Shown here piece after piece: positions 36,531-48,915 of a DNA stretch of 64,000 nucleotides. The stretch comes from Octopus sinensis (lineage: Eukaryota). Within the stretch, counting starts at the first letter, position 1, and each line of letters starts with the position of its first letter. The position numbers and the translations under genes are program-made. The notes below the pieces were generated by a model. That model had not been told where the DNA came from and did not search any database. It saw only the letters and a program-made list of their open reading frames with translations. Where the stretch lies: NCBI RefSeq assembly GCF_006345805.1, contig NC_043006.1:5580001-5644000 (forward strand), given 5' to 3'.

Positions 36531-39500
36531 AATACAGAGCTCCGAAATCTATCCACAAACATCGAAAACAAGGACATCCTATGGAGCCATAGATTTACTA
36601 ACAAAGAATTGGACTATATCCGAGTAAGTAATACGAATTGAAATTTATTACTATTTTCGAAACGAAATGATGTATTTTGACTCGATATTATCTCCACCTC
36701 TAACACAACACATGTAAACATGCGTGGAACAACACGATCATCCCCGACCTCAAACACCATGTACAAAGGAACTACGAAGAAATTAAATGCCACCGATACT
36801 ATTCAACCCAAGAATAACAATCGAGCGGTACGTACATTAAACCTACAACAAAAAATGTACGAAAAACTACACGTGCGAAATAATGTGACAACAGAAATAA
36901 ACGGACCGGTACCCTACGAAAATGACGACCGTCAAAATAATGGGCCGGACGTTGTACCTCATGTCCCGCAATTAAAACCCAAAAGACGTAAATGGACACG
37001 TGAGGAATACATTTCTATCTTACACGCATACTTCACAGCAATGCTCTACCCACAAAATGAAAATACAACAACACATACATATAAAATATGGAAGGAAAAT
37101 AATAGAGATATAGACTTGGATACAGCAATGAACCCTAATAAATTAGCTAACGTACGAAGATACATTCTCAAAGCCAAAAAAATATCAGAAATAGAAATAG
37201 AACATTTAAAAGAAAAAATACACCAGGAAAATGTAGATAGAAGCCACACAACAATGCCCAATAATATAAACACTGAAACTGTAAAACACGAAGACAAACG
37301 CAACATTCCCAACAAACACGATGTAAACAACGAAGGGGAGCCTAATGATTATGATAATATAAAAAATAAAATAATCAAAGAACTAAAAACCACAGAGCTC
37401 AAAATGGACCACCGACCATACCTCCCAAGAATAAAAATAAACGCAATAACAACACCAATTATAAACAACATAAACCTAGCCGTCACTGAACTAGCCACTG
37501 AAACAAAAAAAAAGTGATATCACTGAACTAAATGACTTGATATACGCAGCAGCCACTGCAGCCACAAAAGAAGCTGGATACTCACCCAAACCCGCCCAAA
37601 CAGGAGTACCACCACCCAAACAAACCCTGTGGATAAATAACATCCAAAACAAAATAAAAAAAAATTAGAAAAGACCTGTCGATTCTTAATGAAATCAGCA
37701 AACAAGCAACGCTACTGAGCAACAAAAAGAGAACAAAAATGCTCCGCAAATATAACATCACAGAAAAAGATTTGCCGGAGATAAAAGAAAAGCTGAAGCA
37801 AGATATCCTTGCCAAAGCTCAAAGGATCCGCCGGTACGAGAAACGCCAACGCTTCTTTGAACAGAACAAAAAGTTCAACTCCGACCCCAAAAAGTTCTAC
37901 CAAGAACTGGGCAAAAATAAAATAGAAGTCACTGCAGCACCAACGGCAGAAGAATTGGAAGAATTCTGGAAAGAAATATGGTCGGCGAACGAACAGCCAA
38001 ATAAAAGGAGTATGAAAATAACAAACTCGGCATCTGAACAACTTTGGACCCCCATAACAACTGAAGAGGTCACCCAGGCACTGCAAAAACTAAGCAACTG
38101 GAAGGCACCTGGGCATGACAAGATCCCCAACTTCTGGTTGAAATATCTAACAGGAATGCACAAAAAGCTGGCTGAAAACTTTAACAGCATACTAGCAGAG
38201 CCAGAGACAATACCTGAATGGCTCACGAAGGGGAAAACCATCTTAATTCCCAAATCAAATGAAACAACAAAACCAGAAAACTACAGACCAATAACCTGCC
38301 TCCCTACTATTTTCAAGGCATTTACTGCAGTGATATCGCAAAGGCTGAACAAGCACCTGGACGAAAACAAACTGTTCCCAGAAGAGCAGAAAGGATGCCG
38401 CAAGGGCTCATATGGCTGTAAAGATCAACTAATGATTAATAAAGCCGTAACTGAAGACAGCCAGAGAAAGAAGAAAGGCCTCAGTATGGCCTGGATTGAC
38501 TACAAAAAGGCGTTTGATAGCATCCCCCACACATGGATCCTCGAAACACTAGCCATTAACAAAGTAGCACCAACAATCATAAAATTCATAGAGCACTCTA
38601 TGAATAAATGGCAAACAGTCCTACACCTCCAAACAAAAGAGGGACTCATGAAAACCAAAGACATCCCATTAGAAGAGGAATATTCCAGGGAGACACGCTC
38701 TCTCCACTCCTTTTCTGCTTGGCACTGTCACCTCTATCTGATATGCTAAATAGAACTGATGCGGATATAAATGTTACGGCAAAACGATCAGCCACCTTTT
38801 ATATATGGATGACCTAAAACTATACGCTGCAAATGACAAACAGCTGGAAACACTATTAAAGACAGTTCATGGATTTACCAAAGAAATAGATATGAAATTT
38901 TGGATTAGAAAAATGCGCCAAAGTAACCATGAAAAGAGGAAAACTAGTTAAGAGTAACACCATCACACTAGATAAAAACCAATGAAATAAAAGAATTAGA
39001 CCAAAGCCAAACTTACAAATACTTAGGAATTCATGAACTAGATAAGACACAACACACACAAATGAAAGAGAAAATAAAAAAAGAATATTATAGACGAGTT
39101 AGATCAATACTAAAACAGAGCTCAATGCTAAAAACAAGATAATAGGTATCAACACTTTAACTGTCCCAGTTATAAGTTACAGCTACAATATCCTTAACTG
39201 GACACGAAATGAACTGTCCAAAATAGATAGGAAAACAAGAAAAATACTGACAGGATCTAGGATGCATCACCCAAAATCTGACATAGAAAGACTATATATA
39301 CAACGTATTGAAGGTGGTAGGCCTTATACAGCTGGAAAACTACTATAAAATAACCACCATAGGACTGCAAAAATACCTACTTCAGAAGGAAGGAAAACTG
39401 ATCCAGATAGCAGCAAAACACGAGCAAAACAAAAAACTGTTCTCAGTATTTAAGGAAGCTGACAAATACAAACAAGAAATCATACCACCTAATAAACACA

Positions 39501-40454
39501 AAGAAAGAAGAAGAAGATGGTGAAGAAACAACAAAAGCTATAAAACAAATGAAATCCAAACTAAAAATAGAACAGTAACGAGCCATGATAAAACGATGGC
39601 AAGAAAACCCCTTCATGGTAAATACTGCACTAAACTAAACGCAAAAGAATAGACAAAGAAAAATCCCAGCAATGGTGAGAAGCTCAGGACTCAAAGCAGA
39701 AACAGAGGGATTTTTAATTGCAGCACAAGACCAAAGCCTCCCCACCAGAAATTACCAAAACATGTAATGAAAAGAAATATTACAAGTAACTGCAGAATAT
39801 GTGGAGATGGACAAGAAACAATAAATCATATTATCTCTAGCTGCCCAGTCCTGGCTAAGAAGGAATATATTCACAGACATGACAGAGTTGGAACCTACAT
39901 ACATTGGAAGCTATGCCAACATTATGGAATAACAACAGAAAAAAGATGGTATAGGCACACACCAGAAAAGGTCACAGAAAACGAGAAAGCAACCATACTC
40001 TGGGATATGCCGATACACACAGATAGAGAAATTAAGGCCAACAGACCAGATATAGTTGTCAGAGATCATGAAGAAAAAAAATGCTTTCTAATTGATGTAT
40101 CAATACCGGCAGATGACAACGTGTCTCTAAAAGAAATGGAGAAACTCTCAAAATACAAAGACCTGGAAATAGAGGTAACTAGAATGTGGAACCTGAAAAC
40201 AGAAACAATTCCTATCATAGTAGGTGCATTAGGCATGATAAAAAAATATTCAGACAAACACATAAGAAAAACACCAGGACTTATAAACACATATAACATA
40301 CAGAAAATTGCACTACTAGGCACTGCACACATCCTACGCAGAACACTTTCCATAAAATAACCATCAGAGCATCACAACAAATCACAGCACATACCCAAGG
40401 CACACAGAGCTGCGCTCGGTAGTGAAGTGAAAGCACGCTATAAAAATAAAACTA

Positions 40455-40487
<33 letters not shown>

Positions 40488-40510
40488 CATAATAATAATA
40501 ATAATAATAA
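36531..40510 (+). mobile_element. R4/Dong-like non-LTR retrotransposon, near full-length, multiple frameshifts
   Basis: N-terminus RRKWTREE...LANVRRYI (36720-37517); RT motifs KAPGHD, NYRPITCL, EQKGCR, WIDYKKAFDS, GIFQGDTLSPLLF; C-terminal CCHC + REL (39767-40360); (AAT)n tail. Confidence 0.9.
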
Positions 40511-40852
40511 CATTGAAAAATATCTTAGGAATGTACATAATTCCTCATCTCTTAAATATAGATCTGTATTAATGCTTACTTTGATGTGACGGAAGAACAA
40601 GCATGACTTCAGTGAACAGCATAGAAGAACTGCTAGGAAAGATATTTTCAAAAAGGTAGAGAAAATATTGACTCAATATAATTTGGCTTGGAAACGTCTA
40701 AAGTATATGACACGTGATGGAGTAAAATTTATATGTTGGCGTAGGAAAAGATTTTCTTGGATATGTCTGCTGGTTGCTTAAGAAGCTCGCTTTACAGTCA
40801 TGTGGGTCCAGGTTCAGGCACCTCAGGCAAGTATCTTCTACTTTTTGAGAGC

Positions 40853-41222
40853 ACTCCGTCGGTTACGACGACGAGGGTTCCGGTTGATCCGAATCAACGG
40901 AACAGCCTGCTCGTGAAATTAACGTGTAAGTGGCCGAGCACTCCACAGACACGTGCACCCTTAACGCAGTTCTCGGGGATATTCAGCGTGACACAGAGAG
41001 TGACAAGGCCGGCCCTTTGAAATACAGGTACAACAGAAACAGGAAGTAAGAGTGAGAGAAAGTTGTGGTGAAAGAGTACAGCAGGGATCACCACCATCCC
41101 CTGCCGGAGCCTCGTGGAGCTTTAGGTGTTTTCGCTCAATAAACACTCACAACACCCGGTCTGGGAATCGAAACCACAATCCTATGACCGCGAGTCCGCT
41201 GCCCTAACCACTGGGCCATTGC
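40853..41222 (-). mobile_element. tRNA-derived SINE (third family), second copy at ~51243-51620
   Basis: Minus strand GCAATGGCCCAGTGGTTAGGGCAGCGGACTCGCGG...GGTTTCGATTCCC (A/B boxes); 3' end GGAACCCTCGTCGTCGTAACCGACGGAG; near-identical second copy. Confidence 0.88.
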
Positions 41223-41609
41223 TCAAGGAACTGTGTCCGTGTGATTTTGAGTTTGGGTTTGTCTACCCACTGTGATTTTTAGAACTGAGTCTGAAGGATG
41301 GAGTAAAGAGAAAGCTGGGTTGCTGAAAACGGGGTGATATGACTGGTACATGGAGGAATTTAGGGACAGGCTCAATAGTGGCGACAAAGGGACACGGTTT
41401 ACATAAGAAGTTATTGAGTTAACTGTGCGACAAAAGTGATGTATAGTAGAAGCAACCGGCTTTAAAAAAAGTAAGTATTGGGGTCGATTAATTTGGCTGA
41501 ACTCTTAAAGTCGTACCCAGCATGGCCGCAGTCCAATGACTAAAACAAGTTTAAAGATTTTTTTGAAAAAAAATGAAGAGATTTCTTAGCTACTTTGTAG
41601 GAAAAAGAT

Positions 41610-43250
41610 TTGTCTTAAGATAAATCCAGTCGCATCAACAGGCTATTGAGTGTGGATGTTGCTCCTGCGGTCGACTGGGAGGGGTCAAAGGCAACTTTGA
41701 CCCTGTGGACCCCGGTGGCCGTGGGAGATATGACATTCCCAGACTTCCTAAAAATGGCCGGGTACAGGTACCCGGTGATACTTGATGGACGCCCCCTCCC
41801 AAGTGTCACCTGTGCCTGGAGCCTGGCCATATCAGGAAGAACTGTTCAAAGGGCCGTGGTAGGGCTCTGGAACATGAGAAAGAGAAGGTGCCCGCTGCCC
41901 CCTCATTGGAGGGGAGGACGGTGGAAGTCGTGGAGGGAGTTGCCTCCGCGAAAAGAAAAAGAAAGGTGAGCAACAATGGTTGCTCACCAAAGAATGTTCA
42001 GGCGACGGAGGAGGGTCGCGACCCCCCGCGTCTGTCGACGCAGCCCCCTGCTCGAGCAGCCTCAAAAGGAAAGAGGAAAAAGAGGAGCAGAGGACGGTCG
42101 GCGGATGTTCCTGGGCCGCCGACGGAGTCGCAGGTGGGATGTGTGCCACCTGCGGATAGGGCTCCGTCAGTGGGAAGTGTGCCACTGACGGAGCAGTTTG
42201 AGGTCCCTTCCCGTGAAGAGGAGGAGTTTGTCCTCCTTTATCACGAGGGAGGGACTGTGAGTAAATTTTTGGACGGCTTGGATGACCGAGACCGTGAGTA
42301 CTCGGTCAGCTCAAGTAGTCCGATATGGCCTCCGCCGGTGGCTGCGGAGGTAGTAACTGATAAAATTTTGTCAAAGGTCACAGCGACCTTTGACAAGGAA
42401 GAATTTGCCTTCCTCTTTGCAGGCCCCGACTTGTCGATGCAGAGTTGTCTGCAGGGGGCAAGTCACTTTGTTTGGGGGCCCTGACAAGGAGGATCGTTTT
42501 AATTGATAATTTTAAAAAGAAACTTTGTATTCGAGCTTTTGTACGGTCGGTGGGCGCCGACATCCCTCTCATCTGTATCATTTTGTTTCATCTCATCTTG
42601 TCCATGTCCAGCCTACAAGCTTCTTCTGTGTAAGGCCTTAAATATGGTTTCTGATTACAAATATCTTGGGTCATACATATCATCATCTGGAAAAGATTTT
42701 CTAACTAGAAAGGGTATGGCCTGGTCAGCCTGTAATGACATGCATAAGATCTGGTCATCAAATCTAAGTAGAGACTTCAAACTTGAAATCTTCAAAGCCA
42801 CGGTCGAACCAATTCTACTATATGGCTCAGAAACCTGGACGTTATCAAAGAAGCTTGAGAGGCGGTTGGATGGAACTTACACTCGCCTCCTTATGAGAGC
42901 TCAAAATCTCTCATGGAAGCGTCATCCAACCAAAGTACAAATATATGGGAAATTACCACCTGTGTCATCTCTTGTGAAAGGTAGAAGAGTCCAGTTTGCT
43001 GGACATTGTTGTAGAGCTGAAAAAGAGGCAATTTCTACTCTCCTCCTCTGGAAGCCATCTACTCGCAATGCTAGAGGGCGCACACTCTCCTACCCTGATG
43101 TAATCTCCAGGGATACAGGCATCCAGCAACAGGACCTCCGTAATGCCATGATGGACGGTGAAGTCTGGCGTAGCATGGTAAATTCCTTTGTCTCGACCAC
43201 GGCGGAACAATGATGATGATGTAAGGCCTATATGGCCAATTTTATGAAAT
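41610..43250 (+). mobile_element. Internally deleted Tx1/L1-like LINE (ORF1 zinc-knuckle fragment joined to 3' UTR)
   Basis: GC-rich; KCHLCLEPGHIRKNC (CX2CX4HX4C) at ~41795-41845 after a frameshift; 3' UTR ends ...TTTTATGAAATAAAG after the nested RTE. Confidence 0.65.
42639..43219 (+). mobile_element. 5'-truncated RTE-clade LINE nested in the Tx1-like element
   Basis: YKYLGS...ILLYGSETW...RRVQFAGHC...W C-terminal ORF2 motifs, open to the stop at 43213; (TGA)n tail; 10-bp TSD TGTAAGGCCT at 42629-38 and 43220-29. Confidence 0.88.
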
Positions 43251-43254
43251 AAAG

Positions 43255-43615
43255 AAGCTTGTTTCCTAACCACATGGTTCCGGGTTCAGTCCCACTGCGT
43301 GACACCTTGGGCAGGTGTCTTTTACTATAGTCTCAGGCTGATAAAACCTTGTGAATGAATTTGGTGGACGAAAACTAAAAGAAGGACACACACATATAGA
43401 TATTTGTGTGTGTGTCCGTGTGTCCGACTACCACCACTGCTGGTTGACAACCAGTGGTGGCGTGTTTCTAAGCAGTTCGGCGAAAGTGACGGATAGAGTA
43501 AGTAACAGGCTTTTAAAAAAATAAATGCTGGGGTCGATATTTTCGACTAAAACTTCTTGAAGACGATGCCCCAGCATGACCGTAGTCTAATGACTCTGAA
43601 ACAAGTGGAAGATAA
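43255..43615 (+). mobile_element. Family A-related SINE, head truncated
   Basis: AACCACATGGTTCCGGGTTCAGTCCCACTG...CCCAGCATGACCGTAGTC. Confidence 0.75.
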
Positions 43616-43954
43616 AATATTCGTTGGCGTCCTGATTATTAAAAGAATATTTATGAGAGTTATAAACAAATTATTTTGAATTAAGGGAGATAATTTAATG
43701 TTACTATAAGAGTTATTTCCCTTGAATCCAGACGCATTTTTATCTCATTATATTTGTAATATATGAATAACAAGTTTCTGAAATCTGATCCATATTTAAA
43801 AGCATGGAACTATTGCGGGGGTTCTCTCTTTCTTTTTCCTGATTTTTTTTTTTAATTTATGCCTTTCTTAAGTAAATAAGTGTTGTAAGATAACTAGATA
43901 ACCCATCTAACACCCGTGGACATATTTACAAAGTAAGAAAACAGCACAGCTCCC

Positions 43955-44240
43955 ATGACTTCAGGAAACATTTTTTCACGCTGAGAGTTGCTGAAGCATG
44001 GAACAAACTGCCGGCATCGGTTGTTAGTTGTCGGAGCACTGCATCCTTCAAAACTTCCATGCTTCCTGAGATTTGCCAACACTACACTTGATTTTCTCCC
44101 CTCCATACACACACAAGCATGTATCTGACTCATACATTGTTCACTTTCCAGACATTTCTACATTACTGCATGTACTTTATATGCACTTTCTGACAAGTTG
44201 TGGTGCACCTGAACACTGTATACAATAATTTCATTATTAT
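43955..44240 (+). mobile_element. CR1-clade LINE 3' fragment
   Basis: Translates to RKHFFTLRVAEAWNKLPASVV...SFKTS, the conserved CR1 ORF2 end; followed by 3' UTR and (ATT)n-like tail. Confidence 0.75.
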
Positions 44241-44596
44241 TCATTATTATTTATTTAGAATAATTTCATCTGCGTCTGAAATTGTTTTATGGTTACGTCG
44301 ATGGAGCAGTATTAATAATTTTTTGAATAGACATACAAATAATTTTATAACGATTCCAGCCATCTGAGTTTCCGCCACCATATTACATTGAAAGCTTTTG
44401 AATTTAGAAAATGAAAAGACATCCCCACCCAACGTCTTTTTAAAGATATTGATCAAATTTCATAGGATGCTAATTGATACCAATTGCGTCTTTGAGTGCT
44501 GCTATTTTCGACCGAAGTTTTTGCATTAAAACATTTAGCTTTAATAATTAAACCTGAGGTTTAAATATTGCCAAAATACATCTAAAAAAAATATGT

Positions 44597-44967
44597 TCGT
44601 GTGGTAAGTAGCTTGCTAACCAACCACATGGTTCCGGGTTCAGTCCCACTGCGTGGCATCTTGGGCAAGTGTCTTCTGCTATAGCCCCGGGCCGACCAAT
44701 GCCTTGTGAGTGGATTTGGTAGACGGAAACTGAAAGAAGTCTGTCGTATGTATGTATGTATATATGTGTGTGTGTGGGGGGGTGTCTGTGTTTGTCCCCC
44801 TAGCATTGCTTGACAACCGATGCTGGTGTGTTTACGTCCCCGTCACTTAGCGGTTCGGCAAAAGAGACCGATAGACTAAGTACTGGGCTTACAAAGAATA
44901 AGTACCGGGGTCGATTTGATCGACTAAAGGCGGTGCTCCAGCATGGCCGCAGTCAAATGACTGAAAC
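44597..44967 (+). mobile_element. Family A SINE
   Basis: Head GTGTGGTAAGTAGCTTGC through GACTGAAACAAGTAAAAG. Confidence 0.9.
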
Positions 44968-45495
44968 AAGTAAAAGAGTAAAAGAGAGTAAAAGAGAGTA
45001 AAAGAGAGTAAAAGAGTAAAAGAGAGTAAAAGAGAGTAAAAGAGAGTAAAAGAGTAAAAGAGAGTAAAAGAGAGTAAAAGAGAGTAAAAGAGTAAAAGAG
45101 AGTAAAAGAGAGTAAAAGAGTAAAAGAGAGTAAAAGAGAGTAAAAGAGAGTAAAAGAGTAAAAGAGAGTAAAAGAGAGTAAAAGAGAGTAAAAGAGTAAA
45201 AGAGAGTAAAAGAGAGTAAAAGAGAGTAAAAGAGAGTAAAAGAGTAAAAGAGAGTAAAAGAGAGTAAAAGAGTAAAAGAGAGTAAAAGAGAGTAAAAGAG
45301 AGTAAAAGAGTAAAAGAGAGTAAAAGAGAGTAAAAGAGTAAAAGAGAGTAAAAGAGAGTAAAAGAGTAAAAGAGTAAAAGAGTAAAAGAGTAAAAGAGTA
45401 AAAGAGAGTAAAAGAGAGTAAAAGAGAGTAAAAGAGTAAAAGAGAGTAAAAGAGTAAAAGAGAGTAAAAGAGAGTAAAAGAGAGTAAAAGAGAGA
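44968..45495 (+). repeat. Expanded SINE tail: GTAAAAGA / GTAAAAGAGA mixed 8- and 10-bp repeats
   Basis: ~530 bp contiguous with the SINE 3' end. Confidence 0.95.
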
Positions 45496-45784
45496 TATCT
45501 TTGTGTTTAATTCAAAAAAATTGACGGAACGAACATGTTCATAGTTTAGAAATTATTATAATCGGCTGCTTCTTTGAAAATGTTAAAATTGAATACTATT
45601 TCCTCCTCTTCGAATTTTTAAACTTATTAAATTTTAAGTTGCAAATTAAGCAGTGCAAGACGACACTTTTTTTTTTTTTTCGCTGCGATTGCTATTGCAG
45701 GGATTGTTGCTAAGCATAACTCTTGATGTTTATGGGCGGTTGGTATTAGAGATTTACCGGCCGGGAAGATAATACTAATACATA

Positions 45785-46010
45785 TTTCTTTATTACCCAC
45801 AAGGGGCTAAACACAGAGGGGACAAACAAGGACAGACATAGGTATTAAGTCGATTACATCGACCCCAGTGCGTAACTGGTACTTAATTTATCGACCCCGA
45901 AAGGATGAAAGACAAAGTCGACCTCGGCGGAATTTGAACACACAACGTAACGCAGACGAAATACCGCTAAGAATTTCGCCCGGCGTGCTAACGTTTCTGG
46001 TCACGAAGCT
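45785..46010 (-). mobile_element. Family B SINE
   Basis: Reverse complement of the family B body/head. Confidence 0.85.
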
Positions 46011-46229
46011 GTACTTAACGGTTAATCTGAGCTATTCATCGTTTAGATCTCGCGAAATAGGATTGGGTTCAGGATGTGGCTACAAACGAAATTATTGCGT
46101 TGGAACGAAAGTTCTGTCGTATTTTGGACATGATCATTTTGGGTATTGTTTTTCAATACGTACAGTAAAGAATAAGCATTCGTTTTTACTTTCTAATCTT
46201 TTTTTCTTTGCAAATTATTTTACACCTTA

Positions 46230-47197
46230 AGAGCAAATTCGTATCGATTTTACTCTTTTAAAATGAGTTTAAATCAGATCGTATCAGACCCCATATAAAT
46301 TCAAAAAGAGGCTCTTGAGCAAGGGAATCCACGAGAACTGTTCGTTCTGAATGTAAAAATGAAGCTTTAAGTCTGGTAATGTCAGTTGGGGAATTTTTCT
46401 CTTGTAGGCCTAGTTTACCATCGGTCTAGGCGGCCGAATTATTGAGCTTCTGAAAACTGCAGTTGAGAAAAATCCAAAAGAAGCTGAGAGAATTATAAAA
46501 ACAACTCAATTCAAGTCACATTTCGATCCTGCAACATTTTCATGAATTAGGAAAAGTGTCTGAACTTGATCATTGGACCCTTCACCATATGATTGCTTCT
46601 CGACTTGATTAAAGAGTCGCTCTCTGCTCGCCATTGACCAGCAGACTTGCCACCGAATCTATTATGAGTAGAATCATCATAAATTATGAAAAGGGAATCC
46701 AACGAAAACAATAATGGTTAGCATCCAATAAGAAAAGAGTATCCATTTCCAAAACCTGACTATTCTTGGAAAAAGTTATGCTGTGTTTGGTCATATGAAG
46801 GTTGTCGTCTATCCGGAAGTGTTAGACCAAAACGAAACAGTGAATGCGTAGAGGTGTTGTAGTCAATTGGAAGCTTTGCGAAAAAAAACAAAAACAGAAA
46901 AAAAAAACACCATTAGTCAAGAAGGAAAAGGTTATCGTTCTCAATAAAGAGGTTTTGCCTTATAGTCTTTTCTTGGAGTCTTTTTTCCTTCCTAACCTTG
47001 CTCCATCTCATCAGCATCTTTTCAGATCATTGCAAGATTACATGCGATGGAGACGTAAAGCAGTTTCTTAAGTCTGAAGAGGTTAACGGATATTGAGTGT
47101 TTCTTTGTCTCAAAACCCTGAAGAGTTTTACACCCAAGCGACCAACAATTTACCAGATAGCTGAGCTCGTGATATCAATAATGAGAAATACTTTTTT

Positions 47198-47200
<3 letters not shown>
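46230..47200 (+). pseudogene. Heavily decayed mariner (Mos1-like) transposase
   Basis: Fragments read GKVSxLDxWxxH, KKVMLC(V)W, ETVNA, LAPSxxHLFRSLQ, FFxSKP.EFY across stops and shifts. Confidence 0.7.
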
Positions 47201-47284
<84 letters not shown>

Positions 47285-47519
47285 AGTCTAGATTGAATTA
47301 TATATATATAAGAGTCTAGATTGAATTGATATATCGGTTCCATTCTAGCAAAAACTGTCTGATGAACGGCAACGAGAAACTCAGAGTAACAGATTTTGTT
47401 GAATTTTCTGCTGCTTAAAATAAAGTATATATATATATATATATATATATATTAAGACCAAAGAGGCATTTATTCCTTTCTCATCTTAAAATACTACATA
47501 ATATAATAGAATTCAACTA

Positions 47520-47712
47520 AGGCACAGGAATGGCTGTGCGGAGGCGCAGGGCGCAGGAGTGGTTGTGTAGTAGGTAGCTTGCTTACCAACCACATGGTTC
47601 TGGGTTGAGTCCCACTGCGTGGCACCTAGGGCAAGTGTCTTCTACTATAGCCTCTGACCGACCAAAGCTTTGTGAATGGATTTGGTAGACGGAAACTGAA
47701 AGAAGCTCGTCG

Positions 47713-47748
<36 letters not shown>

Positions 47749-48045
47749 TGTATGTATGTATGTACGTATGTATTAATGTATGTATGTATGTAGGTAGGTA
47801 TATGTGTGTGTGTATGTATGTATGTATGTATGTACATACATTTGTGTATGTATGTTTCCTCACCATCGCTTGACAACCAATGCTGGTGTGTATACGTCCC
47901 CGTAAGTTAGCGGTTCGCCAAAGAGAGACCGATAGAATAAGTACTAGGCTTACAAAGAATAAGTCCTGGGATCGATTTGCTCGACTAAAAGGGGTGCTCC
48001 AGCATGGCCGCAGTCAAATGACTGAAACTTAGTAAAAGAATAAAG
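47520..48045 (+). mobile_element. Family A SINE with internal (TATG)n
   Basis: Duplicated head at ~47520/47552; full body and tail. Confidence 0.88.
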
Positions 48046-48358
48046 AATAAGGGAGAGAACTGCAATGTATCTGTTCTTGTTTAGCCTTAAAGTTAGCACA
48101 GATCAAGTGAACCTAGGAACAAAGGCGTTCTACCCATGGCCGTCCCATCTTTTGTTCAAACGGAGTGTATTAGGACTGCATTGTCTTCTAATTAGTTGTG
48201 ACCTTCCTTTTAATAAGATGTTAAGAGTTATTTAATGGAAAATTACCAATTATTTCTTGGACGTTGAGTGACTACTTACGAGTTGCTCGTTACCTTGAAA
48301 CTCCGTAACTGATAAGCACATCGCATTACAAAATTATAGGATATAATAGTAATATATT

Positions 48359-48915
48359 TCTTTACTACCCACAAGGGGCTAAACACAGAGGGAACAAACA
48401 AGGACAGACAAAGGGATTTAGTCGATTACATCGACCCCAGTGCGTAACTGGTACTTAATTTATCGACCCCGAAAGGATGAAAGGCAAAGTCGACCTCGGC
48501 GGAATTTGAACTCAGAACGTAGCGGCAGACGAAATACCTATTTCTTTACTACCCACAAGGGGCTAAACACAGAGGGAACAAACAAGGACAGACAAAGGGA
48601 TTTAGTCGATTACATCGACCCCAGTGCGTAACTGGTACTTAATTTATCGACCCCGAAAGGATGAAAGGCAAAGTCGACCTCGGCGGAATTTGAACTCAGA
48701 ACGTAGCGGCAGACGAAATACCTATTTCTTTACTACCCACAAGGGGCTAAACACAGAGGGAACAAACAAGGACAGACAAAGGGATTTAGTCGATTACATC
48801 GACCCCAGTGCGTAACTGGTACTTAATTTATCGACCCCGAAAGGATGAAAGGCAAAGTCGACCTCAGCGGAATTTGACGAAATACGGCTTCGCATTTTGC
48901 CCGGCGTGCCAACGT
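48359..48915 (-). mobile_element. Family B SINE with three near-identical tandem 184-bp units
   Basis: Identical 63-aa spurious ORFs at 48440 and 48624 (period 184); third unit runs into the head at ~48880-48915. Confidence 0.9.

Noticed and set aside
40853-41222. Functional tRNA genes (also ~51243-51620 and family A/B heads)
   Set aside because: A/B boxes are present but continue into SINE bodies with LINE-like 3' ends; no complete cloverleaf is evident.
41888-42484. 198-aa host gene
   Set aside because: Continues the zinc-knuckle ORF1 of a LINE after a frameshift and lies within a GC-rich TE block.
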